64,000 nucleotides of DNA from NCBI GenBank assembly GCA_937873145.1, contig CALMVK010000007.1, positions 853 to 64,852 on the forward strand, in the 5' to 3' direction. Positions within the stretch are counted from its first letter, which is position 1; every line of letters starts with the position of its first letter. The notes under the pieces are model-generated. The model was given only the letters and a program-made list of their open reading frames with translations, did no database searches and was not told where the DNA came from. Below are positions 57,230 through 64,000 of this stretch, one piece after another. The stretch is from an uncultured Granulicella sp. (GTDB taxonomy: Bacteria > Acidobacteriota > Terriglobia > Terriglobales > Acidobacteriaceae). The position numbers were made by a program, and so were the translations under genes.

Positions 57230-57469
57230 CTAACTGCCCTTTCCGGTAGCGATCCTGTCCATAGTACCGGTCCAGCGAAGGAATCGCACGATCTGCCTGC
57301 GTTCCTGAAAAGCAAACTGGAGAAAATGCCTCAACCGTACCTTCTCAGCGGAAAGGCCGGTGAACGTCTCGAGTCGCCAACGCAGGTACGAACTGCGCCA
57401 GGGTTGCAGGCGAGTGCCCGCAGTTGCCCGCCAGAAGAATCGTATGGCGCTGGTAAGGGCTTGGAACAC
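57230..57469 (-). CDS. small hypothetical protein
   Basis: 79 aa basic/aromatic (PWRSSYLRWRLET); TATACT-N5-GTG. Confidence 0.6.
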   Translation of the reverse strand: MFQALTSAIRFFWRATAGTRLQPWRSSYLRWRLETFTGLSAEKVRLRHFLQFAFQERRQIVRFLRWTGTMDRIATGKGS

Positions 57470-57528
57470 ACCTTAGTATAAGCATCGAATCGTTTCTGCA
57501 TAAAGGTTGTCATCTGAGCGCGTCTGGC

Positions 57529-57804
57529 TTACTTCGACTCCGTCCGAATTTCCCCCGAGGCAGATTTGACAGGGTTCTGAATCATTCGCTCAACCACCTT
57601 CTCTGCAACTGCCGCCGACGGGACATGATAGGTGCCCGATCGTATGGCGTGCTGCAGCAGCGCAATGCGGGCTAATCTTGCGTGGATGTCTGGAGTTGCA
57701 CGGCTGCCGAGGCTGGAATCGGTGGCGCAGACTTGATCCGGGTCGATCGCGCCCCATACTCCTGGAATCATCTGACGCGAACTCTTGCCGTCTTTTGCTG
57801 ACAT
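57529..57804 (-). CDS. flgM: anti-sigma28 factor FlgM-like
   Basis: C-terminal RIALLQHAIRSGTYHVPSAAVAEKVV matches the FlgM motif; preceded by a sigma28 promoter. Confidence 0.75.
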   Translation of the reverse strand: MSAKDGKSSRQMIPGVWGAIDPDQVCATDSSLGSRATPDIHARLARIALLQHAIRSGTYHVPSAAVAEKVVERMIQNPVKSASGEIRTESK

Positions 57805-57840
57805 GGATGAAACTCCTAGGCAAGCAGTGCCTATAGAGGA

Positions 57841-57867
57841 GTATCGGCTGACATTTGAAAAACTTTA
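57841..57867 (-). promoter_or_regulatory. sigma28 promoter of flgM
   Basis: TAAA-GTTTTTCAAATGTCA(15 nt)-GCCGATAC. Confidence 0.8.
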
Positions 57868-57982
57868 GCCCGAAACTCAATTATTTTTTATCTTGTTTTC
57901 ACTCATGCGACCATGCATCTCTTCTGATCCGAACAACCTGATAGGGAGAAGATGAGGTTTGCAAAATTTTTGAAAAACTTGC

Positions 57983-58009
57983 TCAAGCTTTCGCGAGATC
58001 CGCCGATAA
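57983..58009 (+). promoter_or_regulatory. sigma28 promoter of cheY-cheX
   Basis: TCAA-GCTTTCGCGAGATCC(15 nt)-GCCGATAA. Confidence 0.75.
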
Positions 58010-58039
58010 CACCTTTAGCAGCATCACGGAAGGATTCTC

Positions 58040-58441
58040 ATGCGTACCCTCATCATCGACGACTCAGTCGTCATCCGAAGATTTATCGAGCGTTTGCTCC
58101 GTCAGGCAGGACTCGATATCTCAGAACTTCATCAGGCTGGCGACGGCATAGAAGCCATCGAAATCCTCAAAACCGTTGGCAGCTTCGACTTTATCTTCTC
58201 GGACATCAACATGCCCGGGATGGACGGAATGGAGTTCCTGAAACAGCGCCGGGTTCAGCATCTCGCCCCTACCGTCCCCATCATCATGATTACCGCTGAG
58301 GCCAGCGAGACCCTCGTTGCTCGTATTGAGTCGGCCGGTGCTTCTGGCTATCTCTGCAAGCCGTTTACCCCTGATCAGGTCAAAGCGTGCCTGACACCAC
58401 ACCTAAGCGCTCACGCCCGGCCGTCGCAAGGAGGTCAGTGA
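58040..58441 (+). CDS. CheY-like single-domain response regulator
   Basis: IIDDS, FSDINMP, ITAE, KPF. Confidence 0.9.
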   Translation: MRTLIIDDSVVIRRFIERLLRQAGLDISELHQAGDGIEAIEILKTVGSFDFIFSDINMPGMDGMEFLKQRRVQHLAPTVPIIMITAEASETLVARIESAGASGYLCKPFTPDQVKACLTPHLSAHARPSQGGQ

Positions 58442-58911
58442 TGTGCACCCAACGAGGATTCAGCATGCCACAAGGAACGACGCAAGAACTGGATGACGCA
58501 GTGGAAGAGGTCATGGCCTTGATGTTCGAGCGCAGCTGCACTCCCGCAGCTGGATTACCTTCCATTTTTCCCTCGACCGCCACCCATATCTGCCTCTCCG
58601 ACCCGCTGAACGGGGCGTCCTCCCTCTTCATCGACCTTAACCTGGCACAGCAGCTTACCAGCGATCTGCTTCAAAAACCGATCCCGGAGATTCCAAGCGT
58701 TATGGTGACCGATACGATCGGGGAACTCTGCAACATGATCACCGGAAGCTGGAAGGCGCGTCAGCCACCCGACCTGGCCCTCAGTAAACTCTCTCCGCCG
58801 ATGAAGGAAGCGGCGCAAGGACGATTTAGAGACATCCTGACACGCGCTTACAAGGTAGGCCGCACGACCTTCGTCTTTCAGCTTGGCTTTTGCGACGAAC
58901 GCCCTACTTGA
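58441..58911 (+). CDS. cheX: CheX/CheC-like phosphatase
   Basis: DTIGELCNMITG (E-x2-N) motif; ATG overlaps upstream TGA. Confidence 0.75.
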   Translation: MCTQRGFSMPQGTTQELDDAVEEVMALMFERSCTPAAGLPSIFPSTATHICLSDPLNGASSLFIDLNLAQQLTSDLLQKPIPEIPSVMVTDTIGELCNMITGSWKARQPPDLALSKLSPPMKEAAQGRFRDILTRAYKVGRTTFVFQLGFCDERPT

Positions 58912-59836
58912 CCACAGACTGAAAGAGAGGCGAGCTAAGCAGACTCGAGAATTGATTGTCCGAGGCGGAATAATCGATAGTCAGCGTACCGGAGTTGGAA
59001 TCGATCGTAGTCGAATCCAGTGCAGTTTTTTCAAGCGGCGAGCCAGAGGTCTTTTTCATGATCACCACCCCCTTCATGACAGTAGCAATCGTTGCGGCAG
59101 TAATCGTATCGGACATGATCACTGCCATGTCGAACTTCACGCCATTTTGAAAATCCATCGTGTACCGGGAGCTCTTCATGCGATTCTTCACGGTGTCATA
59201 GTCGGCCAGCTGCGACGCCTCGCCCAAAACACCCTTCATCATGGACTGCGTTCCTTTCTGGTCGAGCAGGCTCCAAATAGCTTTGGTGTCCACCGCATTC
59301 ATCTCACTCACCATGTCAGAGTTCTGCAGAAAATTCTGCGACACCCCATCCCGTGCATCGAGCGACGCCCTCACCGCGTCTTTGTCCCCGAAGACCATCG
59401 TCGTCTGATCGAGAAAGCAGACGCTCATTCCGGCAGAACCTAAAGGATAGATCTGGTTGTTTCGCAGCACCGCCGGCTTAACCTTATTTTTCGTGAAGTT
59501 TGCCATGATGCTTCCCGTATGAAACTGGCCCTGTGCAATGCCGACAATCCGGCTTCCTTCGCCGGCGCGAAAAGAAGCAAACGCCAGCGTATCGGCGTCT
59601 TGATCCACCTTCAACCCGGAGCTCTTTAAGGCTGTCTCCAGCCGCTTCAACTCCGGAGGCAGAACGCGGTCTTTCAAACTCATCGCCGCTGGGGAGTTCT
59701 GCATGGCCCGGTAATCCACCACAATCACCTGAACGACCTCTTTCGGGATGGCGGATTTCGCATCGTTGCCGAGCTCCGCTCCGTGTGCCAGCGTGGTGGC
59801 TACCGCCAAGGTTGCAATCGCAAGATATTTCGTCAT
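58904..59836 (-). CDS. exported conserved hypothetical protein
   Basis: Signal peptide MTKYLAIATLAVATTLAHGA; 310 aa; no recognised motif. Confidence 0.75.
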   Translation of the reverse strand: MTKYLAIATLAVATTLAHGAELGNDAKSAIPKEVVQVIVVDYRAMQNSPAAMSLKDRVLPPELKRLETALKSSGLKVDQDADTLAFASFRAGEGSRIVGIAQGQFHTGSIMANFTKNKVKPAVLRNNQIYPLGSAGMSVCFLDQTTMVFGDKDAVRASLDARDGVSQNFLQNSDMVSEMNAVDTKAIWSLLDQKGTQSMMKGVLGEASQLADYDTVKNRMKSSRYTMDFQNGVKFDMAVIMSDTITAATIATVMKGVVIMKKTSGSPLEKTALDSTTIDSNSGTLTIDYSASDNQFSSLLSSPLFQSVVK

Positions 59837-60016
59837 GTGTGTCAAGATAAGCTCCAAAGTATCTCTCATTCTGCTAAAACCAGGCGCTCTATTCCATGCT
59901 ACTAAAGACGCAAGCCGTCTCATTCTCCCGTTTTTCAGCCGCGCTGGCAAGCGCTTCCACGTCTTTGGACGGGTGCAATGGAGGAAGGTTGGGGCTGTCG
60001 CTTATGCTGAAAGAGA

Positions 60017-61306
60017 ATGTCTAATCAAGTCATCCGTCCCGCACGCACGCTGCAAGGATCTCTGGTCCTCCCTGGCGATAAGTCGATCTCGCACCGCTAT
60101 GCCATGCTGGCCGGGCTCGCCGAGGGCACCTCGCGGCTTTCTAATTTCTCAACCGGTGCCGACCCTCACAGCTCACTTGCCTGCATGAGTGCGTTGGGCG
60201 CAACCGTTCAAAGCACGCCAACGCATCTGGAGATCACGGGTACGGCAGGCCGTCTTCGCCAGCCCGCAGAACCTCTCGATTGCGGCAACTCCGGCTCCAC
60301 CATGCGCATGCTCTCCGGCCTGCTGGCCGCGCATCCCCATTCCTTCACTTTGACCGGCGATGCCTCGCTCACGCTTCGCCCGATGGAGCGGGTGCGCAAG
60401 CCGTTGGCGGCGATGGGGCTCAACATCACCTTGACCGACGGACATGCGCCGATCCGTATCCACGGCGGTCCGCTCACAGCCATCGACTTCGAAACGCCAA
60501 TTCCCAGCGCGCAGGTAAAGACCGCCGTGCTGTTTGCCGGTCTGCAAGCCGAAGGCATCACCAGCCTGTCCGAATCGATTCGCACGCGCGACCACTCCGA
60601 GCATGCTCTACGCGCGTTTGGGGCAACGCTGACCCGCCAAGGGGATCGGCTCTTTATCCCCGGAGGTCAGGCACTCAAAGCGATCGACGCCACGGTTCCC
60701 GGCGATCTCTCCTCGGCCGCGTTTTTCCTGTGCGCGGCACTGTTGTTTCCGGATGCGAACTTGATCCTGGACTCTCTTGGGCTCAATCCGACCCGGTCTG
60801 CACTGCTCGATGTCGTGGCCGCGCTCGGAGCCAAGATCCGCATCCTGAACGTGGAGGAACAGCACGGCGAGCTGATCGGCACGGTTCAGATCAATGCCGC
60901 ACCCTCCACTCTCACCAGTCCCCTAAAAATAGAGGGCGCATTCACCGCTCAGCTCATCGACGAGCTTCCTGTCCTCGCCGCCGTTGCCCCCTACACGCGC
61001 TCCGGGATCTCGATCCGGGATGCCCAGGAGCTGCGCGTCAAGGAGTCGGACCGGATCGCGCTCGTTGCGAAAAATCTGACCGCCATGGGTGCAACCTATA
61101 CCGAGTACGATGACGGCCTCGACATTCCAGGAGGGCAAAATCTGCACGGTGGCATCATCGATTCGGGTTCGGACCATAGGATTGCCATGGCTTTTGCGAT
61201 CGCCGCCCTGCGCGCATCGTCAGAGACCCTGATCGAAGGAGCAGATGCCGCAAAGATCAGCTTCCCGGAGTTCTTCGAGCACCTTGAAATGATGTGTCCC
61301 GCCTAA
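60017..61306 (+). CDS. aroA: 3-phosphoshikimate 1-carboxyvinyltransferase
   Basis: PGDKSISHR, DCGNSGSTMR, SAQVKTA, RDHSE, KESDRI, DHRIAM. Confidence 0.96.
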   Translation: MSNQVIRPARTLQGSLVLPGDKSISHRYAMLAGLAEGTSRLSNFSTGADPHSSLACMSALGATVQSTPTHLEITGTAGRLRQPAEPLDCGNSGSTMRMLSGLLAAHPHSFTLTGDASLTLRPMERVRKPLAAMGLNITLTDGHAPIRIHGGPLTAIDFETPIPSAQVKTAVLFAGLQAEGITSLSESIRTRDHSEHALRAFGATLTRQGDRLFIPGGQALKAIDATVPGDLSSAAFFLCAALLFPDANLILDSLGLNPTRSALLDVVAALGAKIRILNVEEQHGELIGTVQINAAPSTLTSPLKIEGAFTAQLIDELPVLAAVAPYTRSGISIRDAQELRVKESDRIALVAKNLTAMGATYTEYDDGLDIPGGQNLHGGIIDSGSDHRIAMAFAIAALRASSETLIEGADAAKISFPEFFEHLEMMCPA

Positions 61307-61354
61307 ACGGAGGAGTCGTTTACAGCAAAGTGCCGTCGGAGATTGCCGCAGCTT

Positions 61355-61858
61355 CTACATCTTGTACTGTCCGGTATCGTCCTCGTTCAGGTTTTCGAGC
61401 CACTTGCGCAGCTCTTCCGCGTTGACGTTGGCGCCACCGGCCGGATTGCCTTGTTTCGACCGGCCAAAGACTTTGGTCGCCACGAAGATCGGGCAATCGG
61501 ATCGCATGGCAAGCGCGATCGCATCGCTCGGTCGTGCGTCCAGGGTAACGGTCTCACCCTCCTGCTGCATCCAGATAGTCGCGAAGAACGTATCGTTCTG
61601 CAGATCGGAGATGACGACGCGCGACACGGTAGCCCCCAGCCCTTTAGTCAAATTGCGCAGCAGGTCGTGCGTCATGGGACGCGGCGTTGCGGTCTTTTCC
61701 AGCTCAAGCGCGATGGCCTGAGCTTCATAGTGCCCGACCCAAATAGGCAAAACCAGGTCGCTTTCGACATCCTTAAGAACCACAATCGGCATGTTCGTGA
61801 CAGGATCGAGCATGAGTCCGCGAATGTGAACTTCGATTTCAGTGCGCGTGTCGATCAT
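61355..61858 (-). CDS. bifunctional nuclease family protein (DUF151)
   Basis: LPIWVGHYEA, RPMTHDL, DARPSDAIALA. Confidence 0.9.
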   Translation of the reverse strand: MIDTRTEIEVHIRGLMLDPVTNMPIVVLKDVESDLVLPIWVGHYEAQAIALELEKTATPRPMTHDLLRNLTKGLGATVSRVVISDLQNDTFFATIWMQQEGETVTLDARPSDAIALAMRSDCPIFVATKVFGRSKQGNPAGGANVNAEELRKWLENLNEDDTGQYKM

Positions 61859-63171
61859 AGGACGGCCTCGCCCAGCAGGCTGTTGGGAAACGCCTGGGTG
61901 ATTCGAACAGTTTGATAGCTGCCGATCGCCGGCAGAATGGGTTGTGAGGTGGTGAAGTTGACGGTTTTGTTCTGCGTGCTGCGGCCCACCACCTGATTGC
62001 GTTGCGTGTTGTGGCTTTCGATCATCAACTCCATCACCTGATCGCGATGGCGATCGTAGTTCACCCGCTGGATCTCGCGTTGGCGATCCAGCAGTACCTT
62101 CAGACGCGCCGACTTGACCTCGTCCGAGAGCGAGTCGGCCATGCTGATGGCCGGAGTATTGGGGCGGGGCGAATACTTGAAGGCAAAGATAGCGTCGTAG
62201 CCGACCTCGTCGAGCAGCGTAGCCGTCTGCTCCAGGTCGGCGTCGGTCTCGCCGGGGAAGCCGACGATAATGTCGGAGGTGATGGAGATGTCGCGCTGGG
62301 CGGACTTGATCCAGGCGATGCGCTCGAGGTACCAATCGCGGGTGTACTCGCGGTCCATCTTGCGCAGGACATCGCTCGAGCCGGACTGGACGGGAAGGTG
62401 AACGTGGTCGCACAGGCTTGGTGTGGCATCGATCACGTCGACGATATCGCGGGTAAAGTCGCGCGGATGGCTGGTCGTGAAGCGGACGCGCCGGATGCCG
62501 GGCAAAGTGGCGACCGCATGCAACAGTTCAGCAAAGGTCTTTTGGCGGCTTGGATCGCGGTAGCTGTTGACGTTTTGGCCCAGCAACTGGATCTCGGTGT
62601 AGCCGGCGTCCGCCATGCGCCGGGCTTCCTCAAGCACACTGGCGGCCGAACGGCTGCGCTCGTTACCGCGAGTGTACGGCACGACGCAGTAGGCGCAGAA
62701 CTTGTCGCAGCCCTCAATGATGGTGATGTAGCCGCGATGCTGGTTGGTGCGGGCGACGAACGGCGTTTCAAAGGTCTCCGTAGTCTGCTTGTCGTCGAGG
62801 CCGGTGATGCGGGAGTCGCCGCGCTCCAGACGGGCAAGCATCGCCGGCAGATTCCGGTAGCTGGCCGAGCCGGCCACGATCGACACGTAGGGGGCTTTGT
62901 CAAAGATGCGTTCGCCCTCCTGCTGCGCGACACATCCGATGACGGCAAACTTTTTGCCCTCGCCCTGCAGGCGTTTGTACTCGTTCAGCCGATGGAAGAC
63001 CTTCTGCTCGGCCTTGTCGCGGATCGAGCAGGTGTTATAGAGGATAAGGCCGGCTTCGTCTTCGACCTGGGTTTGCACATAGCCCTGCGACTCAAGCGTG
63101 CCGACCACCTTTTCGGAGTCGTGCGCATTCATCTGGCAGCCAAAGGTCTCGATGTAAAAGCTTTTGCTCAC
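61855..63171 (-). CDS. miaB: tRNA i6A37 methylthiotransferase
   Basis: ETFGCQMN, NTCSIR, CDKFCAYC radical SAM, TRAM-like tail; GTG start. Confidence 0.95.
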   Translation of the reverse strand: MSKSFYIETFGCQMNAHDSEKVVGTLESQGYVQTQVEDEAGLILYNTCSIRDKAEQKVFHRLNEYKRLQGEGKKFAVIGCVAQQEGERIFDKAPYVSIVAGSASYRNLPAMLARLERGDSRITGLDDKQTTETFETPFVARTNQHRGYITIIEGCDKFCAYCVVPYTRGNERSRSAASVLEEARRMADAGYTEIQLLGQNVNSYRDPSRQKTFAELLHAVATLPGIRRVRFTTSHPRDFTRDIVDVIDATPSLCDHVHLPVQSGSSDVLRKMDREYTRDWYLERIAWIKSAQRDISITSDIIVGFPGETDADLEQTATLLDEVGYDAIFAFKYSPRPNTPAISMADSLSDEVKSARLKVLLDRQREIQRVNYDRHRDQVMELMIESHNTQRNQVVGRSTQNKTVNFTTSQPILPAIGSYQTVRITQAFPNSLLGEAVL

Positions 63172-63208
63172 AGCTCTAGTATATCGCCGGGAGCAAGGCT
63201 TGGACGCG

Positions 63209-64000
63209 TCACTGCGCTTTGCCGAGCCGCCGATAGTACTCTGCCACGGAGTCTCCGTAGCCTTGTGGAACGACGGCGGGCCTGGCCGTATGCACCTGGG
63301 CCAGGGCCGGATCGTTCGCAGTGCGGCGCAACTCGAGCTCCAGCTTATCGACATCGTTGAGAACCTGCTGATGCAATTGCTCGACCATTTGCCCGTTGCC
63401 GGGAAGGCGTCCCGGCTCAAGCTGCTGCATCTCCCTGGCGAGCGCATCCACCTCGCGGGAGGCGGCCGGGTCGCCATGGGTAAGCTGGCGAAGACGGCTC
63501 AACTCCTGCATGCCCTGGCGAAGGGTGCGGTCGGAATCGGCGGCGCTGGATTCAGTGCCGGGCTGCTGCGAGGATCTGCTGCCGGACGGCTGACCTTGCG
63601 TTTGCGGACCTCTGCCCTGCCCTGTCTGTCCGGGCTGACCTCCGGAGGCCTGCGAAGTTTTCCCTTGCGAGCCTGAGGCTTGCGAACCGGAAGCTTGCGA
63701 ACCAGAACCCGGCGCCTGCCCTCCCGCTTGGCCGGCCTGACTGCCCGCTGGACCCGGCGGACGGCTTTGTTGCGCCCCGTTCCCCTGAGCTTGACCGGCT
63801 TGGCCAGACTGCGTCCCTCGTGGCGAACCACGGCTTCCAGGCTGGCCGGAAGCTCCCGGAGAGAGGCTTTGCAGGGTGGAACGCAGACGGTCGAGCTGAT
63901 CGAGCGCGGCGGCCTCCTTGCCCCGGCCCTGCTTCTGCGCATCCGACCCACCGGGCGCGGAACCCACGCCCGATTGCGCCTGCTTCAAGCCTTCCTCCAG
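63209..64000 (-). CDS. 3' part of a large protein with Gln/Gly/Ser-rich linker (DUF4175-like), runs off window end
   Basis: Frame open to 64000; GSQAS repeats; C-terminal VPQGYGDSVAEYYRRL. Confidence 0.7.
   Translation of the reverse strand: MEEGLKQAQSGVGSAPGGSDAQKQGRGKEAAALDQLDRLRSTLQSLSPGASGQPGSRGSPRGTQSGQAGQAQGNGAQQSRPPGPAGSQAGQAGGQAPGSGSQASGSQASGSQGKTSQASGGQPGQTGQGRGPQTQGQPSGSRSSQQPGTESSAADSDRTLRQGMQELSRLRQLTHGDPAASREVDALAREMQQLEPGRLPGNGQMVEQLHQQVLNDVDKLELELRRTANDPALAQVHTARPAVVPQGYGDSVAEYYRRLGKAQ

Noticed and set aside
63640-63720. 15 nt tandem repeat
   Set aside because: Encodes the GSQAS low-complexity linker of the last CDS; not an independent element.

Overview
A 64 kb GC-rich bacterial chromosome segment whose gene content and repeats suggest Acidobacteriota (Acidobacteriaceae-like; inferred, not searched). 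It is mostly housekeeping and metabolic: pncB, ispA, nfo, hom, a cysM-JAMM-ThiS-moeB sulfur-carrier operon, nuoB, amtB-PII-glnD, lexA, uvrB, pnp-rpsO, aroA, miaB. It also holds a collagen-like surface protein, an OmpA-family protein, two REP families and an internally deleted IS630 element. No rRNA, tRNA, CRISPR array, prophage or defence island was recognised. The most notable signal is a dispersed flagellar regulatory circuit readable from the DNA. An operon encodes an OmpR-type regulator, a stand-alone 82-aa His-box (DHp) protein and a sigma54 activator lacking a DNA-binding domain. It precedes fliA, which has a -24/-12 promoter. Four sigma28-consensus promoters lie upstream of flgM, cheY-cheX, a free Hpt gene and, unexpectedly, a large secreted PIG-L deacetylase. 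Other oddities: an ALDH with its catalytic Cys replaced by Ser; glnD with no canonical start and in frame with the PII gene; frequent leaderless genes, one starting at ATC; a REP-derived tandem array. All functional calls come from motif recognition by eye; no database search was run.
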